IMG/VR virus record: IMGVR_UViG_3300005805_000068
Location: 16,627-80,626 of that record
Origin: a virus
Taxonomy: Duplodnaviria > Caudoviricetes
Strand: one strand, 5' to 3'
Length of the DNA: 64,000 bases
The position numbers were made by a program, and so were the translations under genes. The notes below the pieces were generated by a model. It did no database searches, was not told where the DNA came from, and saw only the letters and a program-made list of their open reading frames with translations. Of this stretch, positions 45,079 through 54,818 are shown piece after piece. Position 1 is the first letter of the stretch, and each line of letters begins with the position of its first letter.

Positions 45079-45290
45079 GTAAGATAAAAGTATATTGTAC
45101 AGACAAAGATAAATTTGTTGATGCCGATGTTCTTAATATTCGTGAAGGTCAGTTTGTAGAAATAGCATTGAATACTGTTAAGGTTCGATTAAATTACAAT
45201 AAAAACGATTATGTTGGCAGTATGGCTGGTTTAGAATTTGTTCTTAAAGAAGATCAATTACCTCGCAATTATAGAGAATATACAAGATAA
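45075..45290 (+). CDS. Hypothetical protein
   Basis: ATGA overlap gives a start at 45075. Confidence 0.55.
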   Translation: MSKIKVYCTDKDKFVDADVLNIREGQFVEIALNTVKVRLNYNKNDYVGSMAGLEFVLKEDQLPRNYREYTR

Positions 45291-46108
45291 TGTCTAGAAG
45301 CATTTTTATAGGTGATAGTCACACATGTGGGTACTGGAGCCATCCTACTAAAAGAGGCCCAGGATCTTATACCTATTGGAACGACAATAATTATGCTGAA
45401 TCGTACGCTAAACAAAATAATAAACCAACAGCTATCTATTCAATGGCGGGCGTGACTAATCGAGTTTATACAGATTGGTTGAAATCAATGTTTGAAAAAT
45501 ACGACGACATTGATGAAGTTTTTATTTGCCTTACAGCATTCAATAGATTTGTATTGGGATTTGATGATAAGTTAAGTGATGATGTAGCATCAGTAGATCA
45601 TTTTAGTAAAAAGATGGAAAATTCAGACGGATTCATCGATCGATATTCAGATCTAACTGTTTCTGACAAACACATACAGTTGTTCAATAAACCTACCTAC
45701 GAAGATTACGATCAATTTCCCGGAATTGATCTCAACATGGATCAAGGATTAACCATCCCCGATCTTAGAAAAAATACGTTTATGCAGGTTAAATTATTTT
45801 TTGAACTTAATACCTTTGTAGAAAAAAGAGATTTTTTGTTAAATGTCTATACTTGGGATAATATCTGTGCAGATCATGGTGCTAAACTTTATCTATTTAA
45901 TTTTACAGAACGATTGAGATTTCCAAAATCTTTTGAATATTATGGAAAGTTAAAGACTACGATTTTATCTCCGCTAACTGTTGAAAAATTTTTTAAAGAT
46001 AAAAATATAGATCATAATAATTATCTTATAGAGGATAAAGAACATTACAATAAATTCTTTCATGATCTAATTGCTGAAAAATATATACCATGGCTGAAAA
46101 ATCTTTAA
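45290..46108 (+). CDS. SGNH/GDSL-like hydrolase or acyltransferase
   Basis: FIGDSHTCG, SMAGVTN and C-terminal DKEHY. Confidence 0.6.
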   Translation: MSRSIFIGDSHTCGYWSHPTKRGPGSYTYWNDNNYAESYAKQNNKPTAIYSMAGVTNRVYTDWLKSMFEKYDDIDEVFICLTAFNRFVLGFDDKLSDDVASVDHFSKKMENSDGFIDRYSDLTVSDKHIQLFNKPTYEDYDQFPGIDLNMDQGLTIPDLRKNTFMQVKLFFELNTFVEKRDFLLNVYTWDNICADHGAKLYLFNFTERLRFPKSFEYYGKLKTTILSPLTVEKFFKDKNIDHNNYLIEDKEHYNKFFHDLIAEKYIPWLKNL

Positions 46109-46686
46109 AATTACTAATTGCCGGCGATAGTTTTGCAGCCAAATGGCCAACTAAAGAATCTAGTTGGGTAGATCTATTGTCTAGAAATTATATTGTTACA
46201 AACGTTGCGCAGGCCGGCGTTGGCGAATATAAAATTCTTAAACAAATACAAAGTGTAGATTTAAAAGAATTTGACTGTATAATTGTAAATCATACCAGCC
46301 CTAGCAGATTACATACTCCAAATCATCCTGTGCATAAAGAGGGATTTCATAAAGATTGTGATTTAATAATCTCAGACCTATTAGAACACAATTCGTGGTT
46401 TAATAAAAGTTTAAAGACAGCTAAAGATTGGTTCGAATATCATTATGACGATGCCTATCAGATCGATATGTATAATCTGATAAGAAAAGAAATTAATGAC
46501 CTAATCGATATTCCCTATATCGCCACCGGACATCTAAAGATTGTTACTCGATTGTCTATAGAAAAAAATTATGTAGATTTTAGTAATTTCTGGGATTTAG
46601 AAAAAGGAAATGTTAATCATTACAATGAATTTGGTAATAGATATGTATACAAAAAAATAAACAAAAAATTGTGGGAAATAATTTGA
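46090..46686 (+). CDS. SGNH/GDSL-like hydrolase or acyltransferase
   Basis: IAGDSFAA, NVAQAGVG and VNHYN..GN. Confidence 0.6.
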   Translation: MAEKSLKLLIAGDSFAAKWPTKESSWVDLLSRNYIVTNVAQAGVGEYKILKQIQSVDLKEFDCIIVNHTSPSRLHTPNHPVHKEGFHKDCDLIISDLLEHNSWFNKSLKTAKDWFEYHYDDAYQIDMYNLIRKEINDLIDIPYIATGHLKIVTRLSIEKNYVDFSNFWDLEKGNVNHYNEFGNRYVYKKINKKLWEII

Positions 46687-46904
46687 ACATTAGAAAATCT
46701 ATTAAAATTTTCATATTGTCGCTATTATTTCTAGCGATTATTATCTATTATGAAACTCATACTGTTGTATATGATTGCAGCATAGTTTTACTTCAGCCGG
46801 ATACTCCAAAAGAAATATTGAAAGAATGTGAAAAATTAAAACAAGAAGAAATAAATGAAATGATAGATTGGTACCACAACAACCGTGCTCTTATTAGAGT
46901 TTAG
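46671..46904 (+). CDS. Small membrane-anchored protein
   Basis: N-terminal TM segment and two Cys. Confidence 0.5.
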   Translation: MGNNLNIRKSIKIFILSLLFLAIIIYYETHTVVYDCSIVLLQPDTPKEILKECEKLKQEEINEMIDWYHNNRALIRV

Positions 46905-46905
46905 G

Positions 46906-46934
46906 TTGACTTTAATTAAAAACGAGTGTATAAT
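46906..46934 (+). promoter_or_regulatory. sigma70 promoter for queE
   Basis: TTGACT (46906-11), N17, TATAAT (46929-34). ATG at 46940. Confidence 0.8.
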
Positions 46935-46939
46935 AAATT

Positions 46940-47785
46940 ATGAGCAAAATTAAAATAGCAGAATTATTTTATAGCATACAAGGCGAAGGACGTTACATGG
47001 GTGTACCGTCTGTTTTCTTACGTACATTTGGCTGTAACTTTAAGTGTGCTGGCTTTGGTATGCCAAAAGGAGTATTAAGTGAAGAATACCTCACAGTGGA
47101 TCCAGAAAATTATACTGAATATGGAGGACTTCCTCTCGTTAGTACAGGGTGTGATAGTTATGCTAGTTGGGATCCTCGCTTTAAGCATCTTAGTCCCCTT
47201 ATGGATACTAGTGCTATTGCTGAAAAAATCGTTGAAACTCTTCCGTATAAAGAATGGAGAGACGAGCATCTAGTTATCACAGGCGGTGAGCCATTATTAG
47301 GATGGCAACGTGCTTACCCGGAATTATTGATGCATGATAAAATGCGATCATTAAAAGAACTTACGTTCGAAACAAACGGTACTCAGGAAATAAGCAAAGA
47401 ATTTAAAACTTGGTTACGTGACTATTGGATTGAAAATAAAGGGTATCAAAGTTTAACATTTAGCGTTAGTGCTAAATTGAGTGTTAGTGGAGAGCCTGCT
47501 AGTGAAGCAATACGTCCAGATATCGTGTGTTCATATCAAGAGCTTGGTCATACGTATCTTAAGTTTGTTATTGCCACTGAAGACGATGCTGAAGAAGCAT
47601 TAGAAGCGGTTGATATATATAGAGCAGAAGGATTTGATGGACATGTTTATCTAATGCCAGTGGGAGGTATTGAGAGCGTTTATACATTAAACAATAAACG
47701 TGTAGCAGAGCTAGCAATGAAAATGGGCTTGCGTTATAGCGATAGACTACAAGTACCGTTATTTAAAAACGCATGGGGAACATAA
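46940..47785 (+). CDS. queE: 7-carboxy-7-deazaguanine synthase (radical SAM)
   Basis: ELFYSIQGEG...FLRTFGCNFKC...CDS.ASW, VITGGEPLL, ETNGT and RLQVPL motifs. Confidence 0.92.
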   Translation: MSKIKIAELFYSIQGEGRYMGVPSVFLRTFGCNFKCAGFGMPKGVLSEEYLTVDPENYTEYGGLPLVSTGCDSYASWDPRFKHLSPLMDTSAIAEKIVETLPYKEWRDEHLVITGGEPLLGWQRAYPELLMHDKMRSLKELTFETNGTQEISKEFKTWLRDYWIENKGYQSLTFSVSAKLSVSGEPASEAIRPDIVCSYQELGHTYLKFVIATEDDAEEALEAVDIYRAEGFDGHVYLMPVGGIESVYTLNNKRVAELAMKMGLRYSDRLQVPLFKNAWGT

Positions 47786-48207
47786 TGAAAAAAGTTATTA
47801 AAAAATTATTTGGCATTGATAAGGTTGAAGAAAGTATCGCCTTAGCTACTAAAAAACTAGAAGAAACAGAAGCACAATTAGCCAAAGCCAAAGAAGATGC
47901 AGAATTAGTGACACTAAATGAAAAAGATCGTGCCACACGCAAAAAAGAACCTTGGGTTGGGGTAATTAATACTCATGTTAATAAAGATAACATTCGAAAT
48001 GGATTTTTTGAACTTGATTGGAACAAATATTTTGTTGAAAAATTAAAAAATGAAGGGTATGGATTAGAAGGTGATCCCGAAGAAGAGATTGTAGATCGTT
48101 GGTTCCGTGAATTGTGTGCTAATGTAGTTGTTGACGGTGACTATGGTGGTGCGATCATTGAAACAGGATCACTTGATGTTAACGCTGTTAAGAAAGCAAA
48201 CGAATGA
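47782..48207 (+). CDS. Conserved hypothetical phage protein
   Basis: ATG at 47782. FFELDWN..F...L...GY.G pattern. Confidence 0.65.
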   Translation: MMKKVIKKLFGIDKVEESIALATKKLEETEAQLAKAKEDAELVTLNEKDRATRKKEPWVGVINTHVNKDNIRNGFFELDWNKYFVEKLKNEGYGLEGDPEEEIVDRWFRELCANVVVDGDYGGAIIETGSLDVNAVKKANE

Positions 48208-49211
48208 CATATATTTTAGTAGACACAGCAAATACATTTTTCCGTGCTAGGCATGTTATCAACGGTGACGCTGATATCAAATTAGGCATGGCGTTTCATA
48301 TTACATTAAATTCTATTCGTAAAGCATGGCAACAGTTTAACGGTACTCACGTTATATTCTGTTTAGAAGGTCGCAGTTGGCGTAAAGATTTTTATACTCC
48401 ATACAAAGCACAGCGAGCAGAAGCACGTGCAGCACACACAGAACGTGAACAAGAAGAAGATCGAGTATTTTGGGAAGCCTTTGATACATTTAAAGAATTT
48501 ATTAATGATAAAACTAATTGTACTGTTTTACAAAATCCACGATTAGAAGCAGATGATTTAATTGCAGGATGGATACAAGGGCATCCAGACGATAATCATG
48601 TGATTATTTCAACAGATACAGATTTTGCCCAATTAATTGCTCCTAACGTCAAACAATATAATGGTGTGATGGAAACTACTATTACACACGAAGGTTACTT
48701 TGATGACAAAGGTAAATCTATTATCGATAAGAAAACGCAGGAGCCTAAGGCAGCACCTAATCCAGAATGGCAGTTATTTGAAAAATGTATGCGTGGCGAT
48801 ACATCGGATAATGTGTTTTCAGCATATCCAGGTGTACGTACCAAAGGCACAAGTAAAAAGGTCGGACTTACAGAAGCTTTTGAAGATCGTAATAACAAAG
48901 GATTTAACTGGAATAATTTAATGTTACAACGTTGGACCGATCACGAAGGTAAGGAACACCGTGTACTAGAAGATTATGAACGAAATCGTAGATTAATTGA
49001 TCTAAATCATCAGCCTGATGATATTAAAGAAATTATTAAAGAAACTATCAGATTGGGAACTAGTGCAAATAAAAATATTAGTCAGGTTGGAATTAGATTA
49101 ATGAAATTCTGTCACTTGTATGATCTTAAAAAGATTTCAGATCAAGCACAGAGCTATGCGGAGCCATTAAATGCAAGATATGTTGTTGAATCAAAAACCA
49201 TGTCTGTATGA
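48204..49211 (+). CDS. T4-type RNase H / 5'-3' exonuclease
   Basis: ILVDTAN.FFR, EGRSWRK..Y..YK..R, EADD, ISTDTDF.QL and GDTSDNV motifs. Confidence 0.9.
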   Translation: MTYILVDTANTFFRARHVINGDADIKLGMAFHITLNSIRKAWQQFNGTHVIFCLEGRSWRKDFYTPYKAQRAEARAAHTEREQEEDRVFWEAFDTFKEFINDKTNCTVLQNPRLEADDLIAGWIQGHPDDNHVIISTDTDFAQLIAPNVKQYNGVMETTITHEGYFDDKGKSIIDKKTQEPKAAPNPEWQLFEKCMRGDTSDNVFSAYPGVRTKGTSKKVGLTEAFEDRNNKGFNWNNLMLQRWTDHEGKEHRVLEDYERNRRLIDLNHQPDDIKEIIKETIRLGTSANKNISQVGIRLMKFCHLYDLKKISDQAQSYAEPLNARYVVESKTMSV

Positions 49212-49254
49212 AACTACATGCATCAATAAAACAAAAGGATGCAGGGAGATTATT

Positions 49255-49731
49255 ATGAACGAACTACATGCTAAACCAATTATAGAAAACAAATTTTGGA
49301 TCGTTGAACAAGACGGTGAAAAGGTTGCTACATTAAGAAAAAATGAAGACGATCATTTTGTTATGAGCAATGAAGCCGGTATTAAAGTTTATCCTAATAA
49401 AGAAAGTTTAACACGTCAATTTGGTAAAGATTTCTTTGTTGCTAAAATTGTTCGAGAAGCCAACGATGCACAACCTAATGAAGTGCATGGATATTCTACT
49501 AGTGTAGAACCACACAACGCCATGTTCGATATTCAACGCAAATTACCACTATTCACAAAGAGCGGTGATAGTAAGAGTTTGTACTGCGCAGGTTATTATG
49601 TCATACGTTTTGAGAAAGGTTGGGTCAAGTCATTTTGCCCTAAACTAATCACTCTACAACGATATGAATATAAAGGACCATTTAAAACAGATTTAGAAAT
49701 GAAACAGGTACTGTCTAATGTCAGCAAATAA
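49255..49731 (+). CDS. Hypothetical protein
   Basis: Start taken at ATG 49255 after GGGAG. Confidence 0.65.
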   Translation: MNELHAKPIIENKFWIVEQDGEKVATLRKNEDDHFVMSNEAGIKVYPNKESLTRQFGKDFFVAKIVREANDAQPNEVHGYSTSVEPHNAMFDIQRKLPLFTKSGDSKSLYCAGYYVIRFEKGWVKSFCPKLITLQRYEYKGPFKTDLEMKQVLSNVSK

Positions 49732-49975
49732 TTTACCTAATAATTTGCCTTCAGTTGAAAAGCTGATACAACGAGTTTCGGCTGCCGAAAAAGCACAACA
49801 GAAGAATATTACCATTTCAATTCAGGAAGTTAGAGAATTGACCTCTGAATTGGCTATTATGACCAGTAAATTAGGTCGTACAGTGCAAGAAATACATCAA
49901 ATATTGTCTGAAATTAAAGAATCTACCACTAATATAGACGTTAAGTTCGACGGTGGAGGGTTCGGTCCAGGATAA
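49718..49975 (+). CDS. Hypothetical coiled-coil protein
   Basis: 85 aa. Confidence 0.6.
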   Translation: MSANNLPNNLPSVEKLIQRVSAAEKAQQKNITISIQEVRELTSELAIMTSKLGRTVQEIHQILSEIKESTTNIDVKFDGGGFGPG

Positions 49976-50009
49976 ATATATACGTGTTTAATTAGGACAT
50001 GTATAGATT

Positions 50010-50294
50010 ATGTCAAGACCAAAACCTCGCATATTATTAGAATATGCTAATAAAGAAAATTTCAAAGTAGAGCAAATCCTCGATAGCGAAGCTATCTGGG
50101 CAGTATTCTATAAAGATCAACCATTTAATCTTAAGAGTGGTAGCTTAATCGCTAGTTATCCTGGACCTAAATACAAAAAGGTATCATTTAGTAATCCAGG
50201 ACACGCATATAATCTTGCCAAAAAACTTAACAAGTTATTCAAGACCGAAGATTTTGCAGTATACAAGCTCACCCAGGGCGAAAGGTTAGAATAA
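50010..50294 (+). CDS. Conserved hypothetical phage protein
   Basis: MSRPKP..LL...KYKKVSFSNPGHA.NLA.KLN. Upstream ATAAATA. Confidence 0.7.
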   Translation: MSRPKPRILLEYANKENFKVEQILDSEAIWAVFYKDQPFNLKSGSLIASYPGPKYKKVSFSNPGHAYNLAKKLNKLFKTEDFAVYKLTQGERLE

Positions 50295-50695
50295 TGGATC
50301 TTAAGGATACCTATACTACGGTATTCCTCAAAGCAGCAAATCAACCCGTAGACACAAACACCCTAAAACAATATCGCAGTACTTGGTGGTGGAATGTCCG
50401 CGATAATACCAGCGGGGGATTAAGACTAACTGAGCCTGCTATGGATTTTGTAGAAAAAGAAGCTCAGATTAAAACCTACAAGGTAGATTTCCCTAAAGAC
50501 TTTGCCATCACAGCACAGATACTTCTATGGTTAGAAAATAATATAGATGGTCCTTACTATATTACTAAAAAATCAATAACAGTATTGAAAGAAAAGGCAG
50601 CCTTCCAACTTTACATGTTTTCAGGCGATATCAAAAAGATGGGCTATAATAAAGCTCTAGCCAGAAAATTTAGCCAAGATTCAGACACTGAATAA
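50294..50695 (+). CDS. Hypothetical protein
   Basis: 133 aa with TAATG coupling. Confidence 0.65.
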   Translation: MDLKDTYTTVFLKAANQPVDTNTLKQYRSTWWWNVRDNTSGGLRLTEPAMDFVEKEAQIKTYKVDFPKDFAITAQILLWLENNIDGPYYITKKSITVLKEKAAFQLYMFSGDIKKMGYNKALARKFSQDSDTE

Positions 50696-50758
50696 TAGTA
50701 GTATATAAATATTTTACTATAATTAATTTTATTAGTGCCATACCTAAGGAGAAAATAA

Positions 50759-50986
50759 ATGACAGAAGAAGTACAAACTCAAGAACAACAACCAGCAGCA
50801 GCACCTGCTCCTGAAGCAGCGGCAGCAGCACCTGATTTAAATATCAGTGATCTTGTTGCTCTAAAAAGTATTATTGATGTAGCATCACAAAGAGGAGCGT
50901 TTAAAGGTAACGAACTAGAAGCAGTTGGTAAAACTTACAATAAGTTAAACAACTTCTTAGAGTCTGTAGCCAAGAAGGAGGCTTAA
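50759..50986 (+). CDS. Hypothetical protein
   Basis: TATAAATA upstream and AAGGAG SD. Confidence 0.7.
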   Translation: MTEEVQTQEQQPAAAPAPEAAAAAPDLNISDLVALKSIIDVASQRGAFKGNELEAVGKTYNKLNNFLESVAKKEA

Positions 50987-50987
50987 G

Positions 50988-51605
50988 ATGGGTCCATTAA
51001 AACACGTAGGTAAAGTAAAAAATACAGGAGCAAAAGTTCTTGTAATTTTTAGAACTTTACCAGGCGAATCAGACAAAGCATTGGTATTGCCAACAGCAAC
51101 ATTACCAGACGCATATCATAATTCAATTATGGAATTAGTCGAAACTGATCAAGCTCAACAATCATTTGAGTTTGGTGAATTAATGTTTGTAAGATTATTT
51201 CCGGATGGAAGACCGATGTTACAGGCTATGAGAGCTGACAATCGTTTGCAAAAAGTTTCAACGGATTCGATTATCATGACTCCTACAAACAACAACGAAG
51301 TCGCTTTAGATCAATTAAACATATTAATTGCTGAACAAAGAAACTGTACTGTTGATGAACTCTGTACATTTGTTAAAGGTGCTGAGAAAGAAACTACAGT
51401 AACAAAAGAAGTTGTTGAAACAGCAGCTCCAACTAAACTTCAAGCACCTAATAATGCACCATTAAGTGATGCAGATATTGCTAAATCATATCGTAGTCAA
51501 GCAGATGCTATGTATAAAGAAGCAGCAAGATTACGCAAAGAAGCAGATGAATTAGATCCTCCTAAAAAGAAAGTAGCTAAAGTTTCAGAGGACGCTAGTG
51601 CCTAA
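50988..51605 (+). CDS. Hypothetical protein
   Basis: 205 aa with GGAGG SD. Confidence 0.7.
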   Translation: MGPLKHVGKVKNTGAKVLVIFRTLPGESDKALVLPTATLPDAYHNSIMELVETDQAQQSFEFGELMFVRLFPDGRPMLQAMRADNRLQKVSTDSIIMTPTNNNEVALDQLNILIAEQRNCTVDELCTFVKGAEKETTVTKEVVETAAPTKLQAPNNAPLSDADIAKSYRSQADAMYKEAARLRKEADELDPPKKKVAKVSEDASA

Positions 51606-51903
51606 TCCACTGTTTAAACCGCCAAGACATCTTGTTAAAGAATGGCCAGAAGTTTTTGAAGATTTGTACATGAATACTATGCCGGTAGCATACCTAGAGT
51701 TTGTTCATCTAGAATTTGCTAACGGCAGGGTATGGCAAATTGATATCAAAGAACAACTAACCCATTCAGATCCTGATGCTGTGGCAACTAAGTTATTAGA
51801 TACCATGAGCGAGTATAAAGACGAAATTAAAAAGTTGGATTTTAAAGTAGATATTGAGAAACTTAAAAAAGATATCTTAGATTCTACAAAAGAAATACTT
51901 TAA
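51598..51903 (+). CDS. Hypothetical protein
   Basis: GTG start, 101 aa. Its end converges with the minus-strand cassette. Confidence 0.6.
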   Translation: MPNPLFKPPRHLVKEWPEVFEDLYMNTMPVAYLEFVHLEFANGRVWQIDIKEQLTHSDPDAVATKLLDTMSEYKDEIKKLDFKVDIEKLKKDILDSTKEIL

Positions 51904-52691
51904 CTGATATTTCTGGCAATTAGTCTTGCCATATCTTTAGCGTTTTTTCTTCCGGGATGGATTAAATCTCGAGCTTGATTATCGATTTGTAACCAATCTG
52001 AATCAGTATAATAAGCAGACCTATCAAAAAAACTTGCAGAATAATACCTGCATCTAGATTTCCATAGATTCTTATTGGCCATGCTAATAAATTTAGCTCT
52101 TAACATTGAATGAGTGTCATTCTTGATGTATTCAGTGAAATAGGGATGTTCTTCCCAAATTCCACAATTTTTTATTTCAGTATTGTCAAAATAGGTACAT
52201 CTGTCTGTACCTGTCCATAAATCTATAACAGCATATGGTGTAGGATAATATTCTGATAAAATAATCGAATTGTAAAAACTAAAATCAAAAGATACTCCAG
52301 GGCCTCCTAAATTTACCACAGGACGATCCATCAACAAACTTAGTTGATGTGATATAGTCTCATCTTCAGCTAATCCAATTCCTAACACATTAGAGCATCC
52401 AAGGATAACTACTGCTTCTTTCCAATCAATATTTTTCCATTCTGGTGAACGATACCCATTAGAATTAATTTTATATTCTATTTCTTTGGTACGATAATGC
52501 CAATCATCTGGTTGAGTTTTTAAATTTTTTTCAAAAGTTTCTGGAGAGTCGGTTCCGGAAAATCTATGATCAAATTCATTGGTTTCTCTGTTCACCGGGT
52601 GATTCAATAGCACCACCGGAAGAAAATTAGGAGGATTAAAATATACAGGTTCCGGTATAACATTAACTAAGTTTTCTAAACTGTTAGTCAT
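51900..52691 (-). CDS. SGNH-like hydrolase or acyltransferase
   Basis: ILGCSNVLG, NLGGPGVS and ARDLIHPG. Confidence 0.6.
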   Translation of the reverse strand: MTNSLENLVNVIPEPVYFNPPNFLPVVLLNHPVNRETNEFDHRFSGTDSPETFEKNLKTQPDDWHYRTKEIEYKINSNGYRSPEWKNIDWKEAVVILGCSNVLGIGLAEDETISHQLSLLMDRPVVNLGGPGVSFDFSFYNSIILSEYYPTPYAVIDLWTGTDRCTYFDNTEIKNCGIWEEHPYFTEYIKNDTHSMLRAKFISMANKNLWKSRCRYYSASFFDRSAYYTDSDWLQIDNQARDLIHPGRKNAKDMARLIARNIS

Positions 52692-53559
52692 TGATATATC
52701 CTTTAAGTTTACAAAATTCGTAAATTTCTTCCGCCATTATTCCATATCCTGTTTGGGTAGGGTGCATACAATTAGTAATATATTCTGTAGGATATTTTAA
52801 CTTACTATAATATTCATAAAAATTTCCGTTTGACAATTCAGGATGTCCGTCATAATTTAATAATAATTCCATAAAACTTTTACAGCCTTTCGGATACAAA
52901 AATTTATCCCAAGGCATCGATTCTATTAAATTAGCGTGTTCTGATCCTAGATGCTCATAAAAATATTCTTTATGTACTCGTTGGTCAAATGCGCAAGAAA
53001 CTATAAAATCAAATCCATGAGCCTTGGCGAACATTTCACCTTCTCTAATATTCATCAATGTTTCAATTAGTATAAATTTTTCACTCCAGAGATCTTTAGC
53101 GTATGCTTCCCATAGTTGTTTATTTGTGCTTTTCTCATCTTGAGGATTAGGCCACATGGTATAGAAATGATGATCTAGATATTCTTTATTAATAAAGTCG
53201 AATCGTTCTATTCCACTTAACATCAGTATCATTATACCGCCAGAGGCGTTATCTAATTTAAGAGCAGGGTTCAAGTATAATTCTTTAACAGCAGCTCGAT
53301 TTCCTTTACCTGTGATACCAAGATTAATAGGGATATAATCCGGTAAATGATTACGACTTAATTGACATGGCCAACTATTGTAGTACATTTCATCGTATAG
53401 ATCTTTAGGAACTTTCAGTGGATCAATAAATCCATCATACTTATTATAGGTAGACTTCGACCAACTGCCAACACCTTCGGTAAAACTATCACCGAGTCCA
53501 ATTATGATCTTAGAACCTTTAGGTATATCAGGATTTCTATATTTTGGCATTCTTATCAT
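52684..53559 (-). CDS. SGNH-like hydrolase or acyltransferase
   Basis: GLGDSFTEG, NLGITGKGN and CMHPT..GY. Confidence 0.65.
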   Translation of the reverse strand: MIRMPKYRNPDIPKGSKIIIGLGDSFTEGVGSWSKSTYNKYDGFIDPLKVPKDLYDEMYYNSWPCQLSRNHLPDYIPINLGITGKGNRAAVKELYLNPALKLDNASGGIMILMLSGIERFDFINKEYLDHHFYTMWPNPQDEKSTNKQLWEAYAKDLWSEKFILIETLMNIREGEMFAKAHGFDFIVSCAFDQRVHKEYFYEHLGSEHANLIESMPWDKFLYPKGCKSFMELLLNYDGHPELSNGNFYEYYSKLKYPTEYITNCMHPTQTGYGIMAEEIYEFCKLKGYIND

Positions 53560-54818
53560 AAATTAAAATATTCTTTGTAATGATTTTTTAATTCAATACA
53601 AGCAGGATTTTCTCTTTTAGAATTTCTTTGGAATGTATTATAGTTATGTATCAGAATGTCTTTCATCGATTCATACCAAGCAAATTTATTCTGTATAGAT
53701 TGTACTTGCTTAATAGATTCGATTATCGCTTCAAATCTTTCAAAGGTAGGTAATTCATCATAGGATTCGTCTATAAATCCTTCAAACGTTCTGTACCCCA
53801 TTTCACGTAATTTTTTTAAACTTCCTTTATTACCCACTACAATAAAAGGATGTAGGCACGCTATAGGTTTAAAAACTTTTTCACTTAAAAATAAAGTATG
53901 ATCTTGATCACCAAAACTTGCTTCAGATACTACCGAAATCCAACTGTCTAAACACACAGTATCTAATATTCTTCTAATATAAAAATTGTCATTGTGTTCT
54001 ATGTTAGATTTTCCATGAACTAATAATGGCAGTATTTTATTGGCATTTTCAGAAATTAATTGGCTTGGAACACGACCTTCAAAATATGTTTGAGTATATT
54101 CATATGGATTCATACTCACCAAACCTTGATCTAATAAATTTGCTTCATAAAGATATATGTAGAACCAGATTCTATGTGCCCTGAGTCTTTTTTGAAGGCA
54201 ATTATATGTTTTAATCTTGTCTACATTTTCTTTTTTATATTGAATATGTTTTTCAACTGTAATATCTAATTTCATTTCTTTTGATATAAAATGAACATCT
54301 TCTTCAAAATGTGCATAGGGCAATACATTCATTCTTTCAGAAATATTGTGTTCGTTGGCCCAATTTGTATATTGTTCTTTACAGAGAAGATTTCCTGTAA
54401 TGTATATTATTGCTCTAGGATTAATATTATAGTCTTTACATTCTGTGTGAAAATATTCCCACAACCAAGTTGTCTGATATCCTTCAAGGCTTTGATCTAA
54501 TAACAACATCGCACGACCTTCTCTAAGATCTGTTAGGTATTGATCATTTAGATAAGAGAACCCATTTTTAACTTCATTTCGAAATGCTAAAGATGTTCCT
54601 GCCCAATTGTCTGGATGGTGGTTTACACCTGAACAGATCATATAATGAGATGGAAGATTCTGTATAGTCATTGCCTTATTTTCTTGACCTCTAGGCCCAT
54701 ATACCATTAATTGTGTTATTGGTGAGGTCGCAAATCTTTTTATACCAGAGCGATTAACATCGGGGCAATTTGTAAAATTTTCTAAATTTTCTAAATTTTC
54801 AAATACAAAATTAATCAC
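53556..54818 (-). CDS. Putative glycosyltransferase-like protein
   Basis: C-terminal WISVVSE...LSEKVFKPI...PFIVVG..GSL..LREMGY.TF, reminiscent of GT10/GT47-type nucleotide-sugar binding ends (weak). Confidence 0.45.
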   Translation of the reverse strand: MINFVFENLENLENFTNCPDVNRSGIKRFATSPITQLMVYGPRGQENKAMTIQNLPSHYMICSGVNHHPDNWAGTSLAFRNEVKNGFSYLNDQYLTDLREGRAMLLLDQSLEGYQTTWLWEYFHTECKDYNINPRAIIYITGNLLCKEQYTNWANEHNISERMNVLPYAHFEEDVHFISKEMKLDITVEKHIQYKKENVDKIKTYNCLQKRLRAHRIWFYIYLYEANLLDQGLVSMNPYEYTQTYFEGRVPSQLISENANKILPLLVHGKSNIEHNDNFYIRRILDTVCLDSWISVVSEASFGDQDHTLFLSEKVFKPIACLHPFIVVGNKGSLKKLREMGYRTFEGFIDESYDELPTFERFEAIIESIKQVQSIQNKFAWYESMKDILIHNYNTFQRNSKRENPACIELKNHYKEYFNL

